Assembly: GCF_000143415.4 (NCBI RefSeq)
Contig: NW_003314295.1
Span: 569,764-633,763 of the forward strand
Length of the DNA stretch: 64,000 bases
Origin: Selaginella moellendorffii
Lineage: Eukaryota > Plantae > Lycopodiophyta
Direction of reading: 5' to 3'
Shown: positions 13,995 through 27,252 of the stretch, one piece after another
How the letters are laid out: each line of letters opens with the position of its first letter
Numbering within the stretch: position 1 is the stretch's first letter
Notes under the pieces: model-generated
The model's database searches: none
The model's input: only the letters and a program-made list of their open reading frames with translations
Told to the model about the DNA's origin: nothing
Program-made: the position numbers and the translations under genes

Positions 13995-16781
13995 CTAAGC
14001 TCCTCTCAATTTGACCCCAGGAGTAAAGCCTCTGGTGCTGAAAGTCATGCCATTGTCCGAAAGCTTCTGGATTCGCGCGGATAGTTCCGCAGCCTGGAAA
14101 TAAAAATCAATCTAGGCATCGAGTCGAAAACCTGAGATAAACCTTTTCATCAATCCAAACGAGTGAAGTTAGTTGGTTGTTGAGAATTCTCACGACCAAG
14201 TCGAGTGGACTAGCATTTTCAATCATATGTATGTCCCCACCCTAGCAAACAACAAAATCATCATTGCCTCGATCAAAACTTGTCAAACTCTCTAGTACCT
14301 GACTCGCATTGATATTCTCCACGGTTTCCTTGATCTGCTCACCCATTCGAGTCAGTTCTCTTTCGATGAATTCTGCTTGCTCAAACCTGCAAGAGAAGAA
14401 ACGAAAGAAATCAGCTAAACATCTCTCCACGCAGAAAGAACACTTACATTGTATCTCTAGTTGCTGTGGCTTCGTCCTCAAGAACGAGTCCTCGCTCGTC
14501 CTTGTAGAGCCGTTCAGCCTCTTCTTCTATACTTTCAAGAGCTTTCTCGACCTGATAACAATTGCAGCCAAGTAGGACATCTACGAGTTAGATTGTTGGG
14601 AATCCTTTTACCTCTTGCTGATGTGTTTCTATAAGTTCTAGTTGGCGCTCCAGCCCATGCTGTGACTCCACGACTTTTGCAACTTCACTCTGAGAAGAAA
14701 AGACGGGTTAAAGACAACACTCTCGCCAAAATCTCATTTACCTCGAGCTTTATGAGCACATTCCTGTTGCTGATAATCCGCCGATCCCACTCCCCAAGTG
14801 CCTCAGCCTGTTTACGAAGCTTGGCCGTCCGCTCTTGAAGTTCGTACGTCCATTCTTTTATAATCTGATTTACAAACTGTTAGCTGCTCAGAGTAATGTA
14901 ATAGCACACCTCTTCCACAGTTTTTCCAACAATCTCTGATGGGAACTTGGGAGTCTTTTCAGCCGTCGGGGTCCTGCGAAAGCATTCCTCCATATTATTG
15001 CTAAACAACATGAAAATGAGCAAGCTCACGCAGAGGCTGCTGGTGTCGATGCAGGTACTATAGAAGCTGACGTAGTTGTTGCCGCAGATGAAACAAGGAG
15101 ACCTCCGGAACCTCCCTGTGTTGTTGTTGCAGGCGTTGTCAACACTGGGAGTAGAATAACATGAAGAAAGACCGTCAACATTGTGAACAACAGAAGGATA
15201 TAGCGTACCCGCTTCAGTAGTTTTAGCAGTGGTTCCCAAAGATTGAGCTGCTGCTGGCGTTGCAAACGCGAACGGAGCTGCACTGGTTGTGGGCGGCTTT
15301 GAAGTGGAAGGAGCCGGCGTAGAAAAGATAGAAGGCGTCGAAGCTGGAGCTGGCGCCGATGCGGGAGGCGAAGCAGCAGAGCTTGCAAACAATGGAGATG
15401 CCGGTGACGCTGCAGCACTCGAACTAGCTGCGGCGGCTGGAGTGCTAAAGCTGAAAGACAGTGCTGGAGCGAGCGGCGTCGTAGCAGCAGGCTGGGGTTG
15501 AGTTGCTGAAGGTGCTACAAACGACAAAGACGGCGCCGCCGAAGAGCTCGTGTTCCCAAGGCTGAGCGTCGTGCTCGGGCTCGCAGACGACGAAGTAAAC
15601 GCCGGTGTGGACAGCGAGGCTGCAAATCCAGAGGACGAGCTCGTTCCAGTCAATGGCTTCTGGCCAAATCCCCCGAAACCGGCACTAGCTTGCGTCGTTG
15701 CTGGAGTAGACTGAGAGCCAGCGGAAGTGTTCCCAAACGAGAAGCCTTGAGAGGGTGGCGGAGTGGAAGAAGCAGTGGCGGTAGAGACTCCGAATCCAAA
15801 ACCCGAGGATGGAGGAGCCGACCACGAGGGCGACGAGGATGTAGCCGCCTGTGCCTGGCTCGAAAAGAGTGGCGCAGCCTGAGTGAAGGGCGACGTAGAA
15901 GCACTAGTGCTTGCTCCAAACCCGGGTGATGGGCTTCCAAAAGCACTCGCGCCAAATGCCGGAGCTGGGCTACTGCTGGCTCCAAACGCCGGCGCAGGAC
16001 TACTCCCGCTCGCTCCAAATGGGCTACTACTAGCTCCAAATGCCGGGGCTGGGCTAGTGCTGCTTGATCCAAACGGGCTACTCGCTCCAAATGCTGGAGA
16101 GCTGCTCGCTCCAAACGCCGGAGTGCTGGTCGCTCCAAATGCCGGAGTGCTGGTTGCTCCAAATGCCGAAGTGTTGCTAGCTCCAAATGCCGGAGTGCTG
16201 CTCGCTCCAAATGCCGGAGTGCTGCTCGCTCCAAATGCCGGAGTGCTGCTCGCTCCAAATGCCGGAGCGCTGGTCGCTCCAAAAGCCGGAGAGCTGCTCG
16301 CTCCAAATGCCGGAGAGCTGCCCGCTCCAAATGCCGGAGAGCTGGTCGCTCCAAATGCTGGCGCGGGAGAGCTGCTTGCTCCAAACGGGCTCGCTCCAAA
16401 TGCCGGCGCCGGACTGCTACTCGCTCCAAAAAATCCCGGCGATGGAGAGCTCCCTGCTCCAAATCCACTACTCGTCGCTGCTCCAAATCCCGGGGCCGGG
16501 CTAGTGCTGGCCCCAAATGGCGGGGTACCGGACCCAAATGCCGGAGACGCGCCAAACGCTGGTGTGGAGCTGCTGGACCCAAATGCCGGGCTGCTGCTGG
16601 CACCAAAGCTGGGCGTGGGAGTGGCGCTGCCGAAAGCCGGAGCCGAGGATGGAGTGGCGCCGAATCCAAACCCAAATGCGGGCTGTGACGCCGTGCTGCT
16701 GGCTGCTCCAAACGTGCCGAAGGAGAATCCCGTCGATGGCGTGCTGCTGCTGCTGGCGCCGAAGCCCGTGAAGCCCGCCAT
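13995..16781 (-). CDS. NUP62: Nuclear pore complex protein NUP62/Nsp1 (multi-exon)
   Basis: MAGFTGFG N-terminus with many PAFG/FG repeats; Nsp1_C-like exons KFPSEIVGKTVEE|IIKEW..., ELTRMGEQIKETVENINASQ, VRILNNQLTSLVWIDEK. Confidence 0.93.
16084..16360. repeat. 24-bp coding minisatellite (ASSTPAFG units) inside NUP62
   Basis: Tandem GCTCCAAATGCCGGAGTGCTGCTC-like units. Confidence 0.9.
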
Positions 16782-16893
16782 ACCTGGAGCTCGCGCGCGC
16801 TCCCCTAAAACCCTAAAACCTTGCTCCAAGAAACCCTAATCACAGTTTAATGACGGATATTCGCGAGGCTCTGGCTCGAAGCTTCAAGCTTCG

Positions 16894-19101
16894 CTACAAC
16901 GATCGCGACGTGGCTTTCTTCGCAATGGCTGATCCCGATAGGTAGCCACTCGTCCATGCGTTCTGGAAAAGGAGAAGAAACCATTTGTTACCACCATGGT
17001 CGTAAGAAATCTCGAGACTTTGGCTCTCACTCGCCTGGAAATTAAAGCCGCCAGTGATGCCATCGACGTTGAGAAGCTGCAAGACGAAAGAGTGTGAGGA
17101 GTGGAATTTTTAAGTTCATAGCTCCGCGTACCTCGCCAGCCAAGTAGAGGTTAGAGCATTTCTTGCTCTCCATAGTTTTGAGATTCACCTGTTGAAAACA
17201 CTAAAGAGCTGCCGGAGATTTTGGAGCCGGACGAGCTTACCTCATCGAGTGGAACCCCTCCAGCAGTTACAAATTCGTCCTTAAACTCCCCCTGATTGAC
17301 AAAGATCATTGTCACGAGATCCGACGAGGTTGAGAAGGAGCTTACTTTGCCAGAGATTTGGAAGGAACACCGCTTAAGGAGGCCTGCTAAGTCACCCAGC
17401 TGTCGATTTGAAAGCTCGTACCACACAGCCTCCTCGTTTAGATCCTAAAAGATTTTTAGATGTTTGAGAGAAAGCTTACTAGAAATACCTGTCGATGGAT
17501 CAGGTACTGCCAAAATCGCTTCACTAGTTGTAATACCAAAGGGGCGCCGCTATCTAGCTTTCTTCTCTGAAGGAAGAGAACATACTTGCAACTTTACGGA
17601 AGTTTTCTGAGAATCGATGATTACCGGAGAAAGTGTTTTCTGCTTTACCAGCAGCTTCTTCACTTCGTCCAGGGAAAACTTCGGTGCGAAGTCCACCCAC
17701 AAAGTTCCTGCATCAAAACTCCTCAATGTCAAACGCGAAAATCACTAAATAAATTCATCTCTTTCCAAACCTTTGTAGTCTACCTTGAGGAGGTCCCTGG
17801 CTGCCCATGCAGAGAGACGCAGCACAGCAGGACCGCTCAATCCCCAGTGCGTGACGAGAAGTGGCCCGTCCTGGAAAGGGAAAACATCGCAAAGCTGTTC
17901 GATCACGATCAAACAATATACACCTGCCGCAAGTTGACACTTCGTTTATTCCAGCCCAGAATTTCCAGGTCGACAGAAACATGTTCAAAGCTCACCTTCA
18001 ATCCAACAAAGGAAACAAACTCATTAAACAAGAAAATTTTGTGGCTTACTTACTCCGGCAAGTTCTCCGAGCTTAGAATCTGCAACCTTAAAAGTGAATA
18101 GACTTGGAGCGGGAGAAACAAGATCATGTCCCAGCTCTTTTGCTAACTTGTACCCCTGTCCATCATTTGTCTTCAGTAAGTCTAGCAACATAACACTCTT
18201 GATACCTGTGGCGAGCTGCCAGTTGCAAGTAGAGCAAAGTCCGCTTGTAACTTTTCTGAGAATGGCTCGTTCTTATTCTTGAAGTGAACATCAAACCGTC
18301 CATTCAGCGGCACAATGTCTTTCACAAGCGCATTGCTCTTTAAGGAAACTGCAAGAATTTCAACATTTCCGGTAAAAAGACCAAACGAACCTCCAATTCG
18401 TCGAGCCTTGTTGAGAAGACATTCCACAACAGTTCCGGAGTCGTCGGTTACTGGGAACATTCTTCCATCTTCTTCGGTCTGAGAAACGAAAAATAGAAGC
18501 TAGCCAAAGGCACACTTGTACTAACTAAAGCTCGACCTTGAGCGGAACTCCATGCTCATGAAACCAGGCAGCAGTTTCAAGAGGTCCGTGTTCTCTAAAA
18601 TATGATCCACGAAGTTCCTTGTGGCCCCTTGGATATTGCTGCGACAACGGCTGGAACCAGAACTTAAAGAGTAAAACTCCTCGGCCACTATACTTTACCA
18701 GCGGTTCCACAAACAAGCCCGTAGTAACATTACAGCGTCCACCCCCAGAGATTTTCACCTAGGTAGGAAAAGAGGAGCAGGACGAGCGTCGGTCTTCACC
18801 AAAAATGGAAAGCAAGAAAAGAACCTTGGATAAAAAGTGTCCCCTTTCCAAGACAACGACTTTGAGATGCTTGCAAGCTGTTTTAGCCCAAATGGCTCCA
18901 TAGACACCCGCAGCGCCACCCCCTACTACCACCAGCGTTTGTTTCTCGTCTCCTCCACTCTCCACACAGTCGCCCTCCTGCACATACAAGCAGCGGTGTC
19001 AATTGCAATCTCAGTGAAAAAGGTCCAGAGCAAACCGCTTGGTTCTTCGCCAGAGAAGATCTCCCGTAACTACTTCCCTGGAGTAGACCCAATGAGTCCA
19101 T
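16894..19101 (-). CDS. HI0933/BaiN-like NAD(P)/FAD-dependent oxidoreductase (multi-exon)
   Basis: [61 protein letters not shown]. The start codon is uncertain. Confidence 0.92.
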
Positions 19102-19313
19102 CCAAATCCTCGTTGCGTCGCCTATCTACAGACACACGCTACACACAAACCCATTGCCCATCCAAAAACATTCCACTTAGCATTGAGCCATTCGAATGAG
19201 ACGTCAGGCAAGGCTTAGCTGAACCAAAGCGCAACCTCTTATTACAACACGATCAAATACATATCTGCAAAAACAAAGCTTTTGCATAAACGCTTCCTTT
19301 GCTTGAGCATACC

Positions 19314-20887
19314 TCAAAAGATCATCACTATTCCATCGTGAATTCGGTTCTTTTGGTTCTGTGCAACACACTCTGATATCCACATGAGATTCCTGATCTC
19401 TTGCTCCCGTAGTCGGACGTATGCAAAAAACACTGCGTAGTGGAACTGCAGGAAACACCTCTAAGAATTAGAAGTTAAGAGCACAACATTGAGCAGTTAC
19501 CTGTTGCTCGAAGGTCAATATCAATCTCTTCACTTCTTCTTCGTAAAATGCCTTGTCGAGCATTTGGCTCTCGCCATATTCAATCTTCGCAAAAATTGGT
19601 TGATATGGAGGATATTTCTCCACGGCAGCTCGGACCTGTTCGTATCGTCAACTCTCAAGAATGACAAAAAGCAGTATCTACCTGGTCGGGATCATCACAT
19701 AGAGCAAGCTCTTCATGGCCATAAGGATACCTGAATAGAAATTATCACTCCCAGAGAATGTAACAAGAAAATAGAATGTTTACAGCAGTCCAAATGACGA
19801 GTAAAGCTTGCGCCGATCATCCCGAGTCAACTCAGTGCCGATACTAAAAGACCGTAACCCATCAGTAACCAGCATAGATGACAATTCACAAAAACCTGTT
19901 GATGGTTATGTTGACAGCCCTGCGGTCAGCTTCAAAAGCAAGCAAGTCGCACATAAGCTCTCCGGTAGCACCACCAAGTTTCTGAAACCGATGCAATGTG
20001 GTGAGAGACCAGAAAAAAAAGGCATTAGCGAACCTTGCAGAAAGTGTAGAAGTCCTCCAAATAAGCTTTGTATAGAGTGTTTCGCATGATTTCAATGTTC
20101 ATGTCGTCCAAGTCCTGCATAGTCCTGTTCATTTGAGAGCTAATAAGCAAGAATTCCAGAACCTACTTCGGAGGTGATGCATCCAGAAAAGTAAGGAGCC
20201 AAGGGCGTATCCACGAGCACAAGACGGTATAGCTCAGCCATGTTGTGAGCTGCGGCAACAGTGGCAATCCTAGGTAAGGAAGAAAAAAAAAACTTAGAAC
20301 ATAGAAAGAACGAGTTCAGAGTAAAGAAAATACCCGTCAAACATTCCCAGGGGATGACACTTTTCAAGCAATTCTTGGACATCTCTTTCGTGAAGAGCTC
20401 CTGTGACGATCAAAACCACGTTGTCAATTATGTATCCATACCTGGTGGAGGAGCACCGAAATTCTTAAGCAATGGAAAAAAAATAAAACCATGATTCTAT
20501 CAACCGAGAGCTTACGTTATATACTCGAGGAACTTGGACAGCGGCTCCGTGGCCTGGACGAGCAAGCTATTGTAATCGTCCACCAATTTCTGGGTACATC
20601 GCTCCACAATGTTGGTCGTGTGCAAGGGCGAAGGCTCTAATTGATCGATCGATCAAAATGCGACCTCGCATTCGAATTGGGGGAAGGAGTAGAGAATTTC
20701 ACTCACCGTTTTGGAGATAGGGGCCATAATCCGTAGCTGAGAGATGCATCTTGATGTCGTCGAGCGTCTCGCACTGCGAGAGATTGTTGTAGTCGGCCGT
20801 GGTGAGCATCCCGGAGCGAAAGCCGCGGACGATCGCCTCCAGGAATCCGCCATGGATGTTGAAGGTGAGCGCCTCGAATCCATACAT
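19314..20887 (-). CDS. VHA-d: V-type proton ATPase subunit d (multi-exon)
   Basis: [51 protein letters not shown]-terminus [10 protein letters not shown]. Confidence 0.97.
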
Positions 20888-20940
20888 TCTCGCAGATCTG
20901 AAAACCCTAAATACGTGTAGGGCTATTTTTTCCTTTATTT

Positions 20941-21944
20941 TCACTTTCGTGCTACTCCCACAATGTAGGAGGAAATGAGGGGATTCTTGGATGGAAATCG
21001 ATAGCTGCGAGCGTCGATCGAGGAGAATCTAGCCTTTCGTATGAAGGACAAGGTGTCGCGATTCAAGTGGCATCCATCCGCAAAGAAGACTTGGATGGGA
21101 TTGAGAAGATTTTGGAAGAGATCGAGCCAGCTCCCATCTGGATCCATCCAGAGATTATGGAAACAGGGGAAAGAAAAGGAGATCTTACCTTGAGCTCCTA
21201 CGTGCTCCACGAACAAGAATTGTCCTCCGGGTTTGAGAACTCTGATCACCTCTGTGAGCGAAGAAAAGAAAGATCAAAAACGAATTTTCCTTCGATCGAT
21301 AGATTTTTGGATACCTTGCATCGTAGATGAGACGTCTGTGACAGAGCAAAGTACCAAGGTCGAGATCACCACGTCGATGCTCGAGCTTTCCAAGGGAATT
21401 TTCTCGCCAACCTTGATATCATAGGTGATCGTTCATCCTGGGGATTCATTGAAAATTTGCAAAATCTAGTTAGCTTTCGCTTACGCCGTGGATGAACTCG
21501 AATTGGTCGCCACGAAATCCAGCTGCTACGAGCGAATTGACGGCGTACTTCTCCATGCTTTTGTTTGGATCCACTCCGGTGATCTTGAGATCATTCCTTC
21601 CACTCAAGTACTTGAAATTCACTCCAGTCCCAATCCCGACCTCCAAAACAGTGCGTGCGCTTCCATCGATCTGGCTGAAGAGCTTGGCGGTGTCCTTGAT
21701 CGATCAAGAACTAAACCAATCACGAAAGTTTTCACATCGATCTAAATTCACCTTGTCGAATCCTGATCCGGAGAAGGAATTCATGAACTTCGCGTACAAC
21801 TTCTCGATCCAGCGTGGTTTCTTGGGATGGATTCTCTGGATGAATTCCTGGGACGAAGAAGAAGAACGCACACAGATCGATCATGGTAAAAAATCTATCC
21901 TCTTTACTCCCTTCACTTACTTGATAGCTAGAGCCATCTTCCAT
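20941..21944 (-). CDS. SAM-dependent methyltransferase, METTL7A-like (Methyltransf_11)
   Basis: VLEVGIGTGVNFKY, GVDPN, DVVISTLVLCSV, RVLKPGGQFLFVEHV, DGCHLNRD. Confidence 0.9.
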
Positions 21945-22232
21945 GGAGTCTCTCTCTTTCACTTTCACCTCCGTGATTGGTGCTTTAAAGCGATCGATGG
22001 CTCGAATCTAAGCCCCTTGCTCTTTCTTTACATCACAACGACAGTATTTTTTCACGCCAAGGATTAAATGTGCTATCGTTCACGGGAGCGCTTCGCTATA
22101 ACAAACAAGGCAGAATGGCAAAGCGCTCCTGGTTGGACAGCGCGATAAAAGCTTTAAGATTTTGGAATTTTGGACCACTTCGAGCTCAATATTGAAAGTC
22201 AATGTAAGGTCAACAATGTCAATGAAAAGTCA

Positions 22233-23827
22233 ATGTAAGTCAAGTCTTGGATTAACAACTCTCGTTTCTTCCCATTGCCAGGAAGAAATGCGTGGGCGCC
22301 ATAGAGCAAGCCCTGGATCGCGCCCGTCAGCTCCAGGAGCAGCAAGGGCTCGCGTCGAAGATCACGCAATGCACGGATCTGGCGCAAGCACAAACGCTCC
22401 TCGCCCAAGCAGCACAATCCGGCGTGGATCGCCTGGCCAGCGTGGGGAATCCATTGATCCAGATGTTTGGAGAGCTGGATAGAGTTTGTGAGGCGCGCGC
22501 GGCGTTTGACAGGCTGCAAGATCCTAGCGTTGTCTCGTGGAATGTGATGTTCACTGCGTATGCCCGGAATGGGCATCCAGAGAAGGCGAAGGAGCTGTTT
22601 GATCGGATGCCCGATCGCAGCGTGGTGTCCTGGAACGCGATGATTGGGCTTCTTGCGGGCATTGGCGATTCCCCAGGCGCGATGCAGGTGTTCCGGATGA
22701 TGAATCTCCACGGGGAGAGGCCAGTGAGGGCCACATTCCTCTCGGCGCTCGAGGCGATCGATGCTGCTGAGGCCAGATTCTTGCGCGCCGTCATCTTGGA
22801 GGCCGGGATGGAATCCAATGTCGCCGTTGGCACCGCGCTCGTCAAGTTCTTGAGCAAAGCCGAGAAGATCGACGAGGCCTGGGCTTTGTTCCTAGAAATG
22901 CCCAGCAAGAACATCGTCTCCTGGACCACGATGCTGGGAGCTCTTGCCCAGCACGGGAATCTGAGAGATTCGAAGGCCCTCTTCGATCGGATGCCGCAGG
23001 GTAACGCTGTTTCTTGGAACACATTGATCTGCGGGTATGCCCACGCGGGGCATAGCAGGGAGGCTCTAGGGATGTTCTTGGCGATGGATCTAGCGGGGAT
23101 GGAGCCCGATTGCGTCACGTTTGCTGCGGCCGTGGAAGCGTGCTCCCAGCTCTTGGATCTCGCCCAGGGCCGGAGAATTCACTCCGAGATCACTGCGGCA
23201 GGGATCATCTCCGAGGAACTGGGACTGGGAGTGGCCAACGCTCTCATCCATCTCTACGGGCGATGTGGGCGAATGGATCTCGCAAGGGCGTGCTTCGATC
23301 TCCTCATCCACGAGCGAATTCTTCGCTGCAATTCAATCCCCTGGACAAGCATCGTTGGACACTATGCCCGGAATGGGTATCCCGCGGAGGCGATGGAGCT
23401 CTTCCACGCCATGGCCGTGGAGGGTCTGAGCCAAACCCCTGTTCTCTTCATCAGCATGCTCTCCTCTTGCAGCCATGGCGGCAAGCTAGAAATCGCTCGC
23501 CGCCTCTTCCTCTCTATGATCCAAGACTATGGGCAGGATCCCACAATCGATCACTTCATGTGCATGCTCGATCTGCTAGCGAGAAATGGGAAGCTGGGCG
23601 ACGCGCAGGATCTCATCCAAGCTCTGGATCTCCAGTCGGAGGAATTGATCGCTTGGAGGACTCTAGTGGCAGCTTGCAAGAGCCACGGCGATCTCCCCCG
23701 CGGAAGAGGAGCTGTGGAGATGGCTATGGCGGCGGACGACGCCATGGCTGCTCCATACGTGATGCTCTCCGCCATGTATCGCGAGCAAGGAGTGGACGGC
23801 GGAGATGGCAACGAGCTTAGCCGTTGA
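22233..23827 (+). CDS. PLS-class PPR protein with E domain; start probably formed across intron 22235-22281
   Basis: P/L/S motifs, SCSHGG..., HFMCMLDLLARNG, WRTLVAACKSHGD, APYVMLSAMY. The start is inferred. Confidence 0.88.
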
Positions 23828-23890
23828 TGGCAGCCAAGGAATCAACGGCTGGGATGGTTCCTTGCTCGCTATCTCCTAGGGCAGTCGGCA

Positions 23891-24964
23891 ATGGTGATCG
23901 ATGGCACAGCCGCGAGCTCCAGGATGGGGAAGAGGATTCGCGAGGGTGACGATGAGGTCTACCTCGACAACTATTACTCCAACAAGAGATATCTCACCGA
24001 GGTACGAGCTCCAATCTTAGGAAAAAAATATCTCTCTCATAGTTTTTGGCCTGCATTTTTTCCTTGTTCTTCCAGGTGATTTCCTCCTGCCTCAATGGAC
24101 TGAAAGTCGCGGACGTTGATATCGCCAGTGCTGCTATTCCCGACGAGAACGAGGATTTTGGCGACTCCCTCGATCCAGGAGCTGTGCTTGCCAAATCTTT
24201 CTCGTCTGCTCGTAGCTATCTCGGGTAAAGTTCGATACGATTCTTTCTCGGGAGAGAGATCTTTGCTTTGCTTTACCAGGGAGGATCATGTTGCTCTCGA
24301 TTCTCCAATGTCCGACGATGGCGACGAGCAATTCATGTCCGTGAGCACGTCGCCCAGCCGCTCCTCCTCTCGATCACTAAACTCGTCTCCTCCCACGTCC
24401 TCGCTGCCCAGACACCTCCACGAGTCCGAGTGCTGCCGGCTTCCACCATCGCCGAGCGACCCGTGCCACCCCCCGGATTTACGTCGCGCGGCGCTCATGC
24501 GAGCGCTCCAGATCCGCGCGCTCTCACCCGGAGGCATCCGGCCCAGCTGCATGTATGATCCCAGGCAGCTCCAGCAGATCCTTGACAAAGACAAGCCCGC
24601 GCCGGCGACGATAATCACTCACAGGCGGGGAGACGATCAAAACGAGCTGCTCCTCGGCTCGCCACCCCACGGCCAGTTTCCATCGCAGGTCTTCCGAGCT
24701 TCCAACGCGGTTGCGAGCAGGAGCTTGGTCCTGGACGACGATCAAAAGCCGGTGGAGTCCGTGGCCACGGCTGAGGGCATGGACAGGAGCGAAGACGTGC
24801 TGAGCGAGCCCAGCGTTCCAAGACGGAGTCGGAGCCGGAGGAGGCCCGGTGAGGAGTGCCACTGGTCGAGGATGAAACGAGGAAAGCTACACCAAAACTC
24901 CATCTCCAGCTTGAAAAAGGTGGAAGGCTCGACCGAGATATCAGACACGGAGTCATGTTTGTGA
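23891..24964 (+). CDS. Conserved uncharacterised plant protein (multi-exon)
   Basis: MGKRIREGDDEVYLDNYYSNKRYLTE|VISSCLNGLKVAD and DLRRAALMRALQIR match motifs of a conserved unknown plant family; canonical introns. Confidence 0.7.
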
Positions 24965-27252
24965 ACGGTATTCTTTTCTTCTTTCGGTTTTCTTAACTCT
25001 CAGCTTCTTTATCTCATCTTTGCAGTGTGTCCTCGAGACTTCGTATGGTCTTGTGATCTCCGACGCGCAAGTAAGCTTTTCTCTATCGATTCTTTGCTCA
25101 AAATCTGATTTTTACAGTATCACCTTTTATCACACCAAGGTCGTGGATGCTGTTTCTATACTCTAGGAATTTTACTCCCGCAAGCACAAGGACAGGCAAA
25201 GTAAGTACTCTCTCATCCTGACAAAACCGATGGATTCTCTTCAGCTGGGACCAACAGGGACGAAGAAGCATTTATTTGTTTCGTTTCGCGATTGCGTCTC
25301 TACTATTCAGTCAATGCTGTTGGTGCTGCTGCTGCTGGTGGCCTGTGCAGTGAAAGGGGAGAGAATATTGCCGAATGCGAGCTTTTGATAATATCTCATC
25401 CCAGGAGAGCAGCAGCAAACAGCCAGGGCCCGGCCAGCCAGCCATGAATTTTGATTCTTTCGTCTCATTCATCGATCGCGGAGATTGATTGCGGGTTGGC
25501 TTTGGTGTTCCAGCGCCATCCATAGCTTGCTTACTGTCACGCAATCACTCCAGGACTTGTACTTAGGAATTATACTGTTTCTCATTTATTTCCTGGGCCA
25601 GGAGAGACTCGATTGAGCATTCACTCGGTTAGTTAGCATGGAACATGAGATTATCTTCGTTTCCCGGGTTTACGCGCAAAGATATTTGAAGTGTCACGCC
25701 ACCGCCGCTCTCCCACTCGCTCGCTAGTGGTCGGCAAAGCTATAAATTCGCGAAAACGAAACGTTTCTAGAAGCCACAAACGACACCATCCAAACAAGCA
25801 TAGGCATCCTTCAAAGTCAGCTTAAATCTCTCGTTCTTGTGTATATTTCTTGTTCTTATTCTTGTGTGTGTGTGAGAGAGAGAGAGAGATAGTTGGAACC
25901 CTTCAACTCTAGAACACTGAAAAAAAATATCTTATAGCAATTTTGGAGATCCTTCACATGTAAAGACCAGCCAGAAAACGCGGGATGCCCATGACACACC
26001 CTCTGCTCAGCGAGACCCTCCACTTTCCATTCCTTCCCATTCCGTGAAGATTCATAAAAGAAAGTAGAAACTCCTTTTCTCCTCTGGCTTCACGCAACCG
26101 CAGCAGCAACAACAACCAGGGCTCCGATCACGAAATATTTCCATGCTATCTTTGAGATAATTTGTTGTGGAATCCCGCCAACTTTTAATCTTGATAATCC
26201 TCAGGGCCCAACCTGGAAAAAGGCACCCCTCGTCGGCCGATCGATCACGTCGATCTTCCTTTGGCGTTTCGTGGACGTGTGTAATGTTTGTGTATAGCTG
26301 CCACCTAACCTAATTGCCTTTAAAAAGTTGCGGAGCCATGCATGCGAGGAACTAAAAGGAAAAATAAAGGCTTAGAATATCTCTGTATCTAACATGGCTT
26401 GGTTGGCACCGCGCCGCGTTTAGGCCCAGAGTGTGGGGACAAAACAAAAGGCTCTCTTTCTCCATCTGTTATGGCCAAATCCACAATCTTGGACGCCACC
26501 CTCGCTCACGCAAAAGGAGCTCTTCTCAAAGAGCTCGCATATTATAGCTTTTAGCCCAGGCAGACAATGTGTGTGTTGGCGTGGAAATTGGAATGGATGA
26601 AAGATTTTTTTCTCTCCTGCCAATCAATCAATCAATCATCCGTCAAGGACTCAAGGCAAACTTTTTCCAAGGTCAATCTGGGGCCGTACGGAAGACCCCT
26701 GGCTGGACTTCTCGGTAGGATAGTCCTGAGGTTCTAGAACTTAGAGTTGTTGTCTGTCTACGAACCATAGCACGATAACATGACAATGGCGTACGGAAGC
26801 TCCCAAAACTAACGGTGGTGAGAGCGCATGACCTCGTTGAGATTCGGGATCGATCGGCCCAGGGGGGGCTTTTACCTTTCACCGCGGTGTACGCCCTTGC
26901 CGTAATAAAGTAAAAAGGAAGGACTCTTGTAATTTGTAAACCCGCCATGTTAAAAGAGACGTTAAAAGGCCTTTCGAAGTACAGTTAACTAATCACACCT
27001 GACGGAATGTCCTGCATGAGAGGTATATTCTGGCTGAGGAGGTGGTATATTCCGGCGCTATGCCGGAATAAGTGGAGTTCTTGGGGCGTTCGTAATTTTC
27101 GCCTAGCTCTTTTTGTAGCGATCGTGTCTTTGGCGTTGCTCTGAAGTTCCTTGCGTCTCTCGCCACTCTTGGAAGAACCCCAGGCGCTCGTTCCCTGGGG
27201 ACGAATCCGATCCAGTCGTGCACAGCGAATTCGATCAAGTCGTGCAGCCTTA

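Noticed and set aside
16084-16360. CRISPR-like appearance of the regular repeats
   Set aside because: There are no unique spacers or cas genes; this is a eukaryotic coding repeat.
15650-16839. Long alternative-frame ORFs (353 and 318 aa) over NUP62
   Set aside because: They are by-products of the stop-free 24-bp FG minisatellite.
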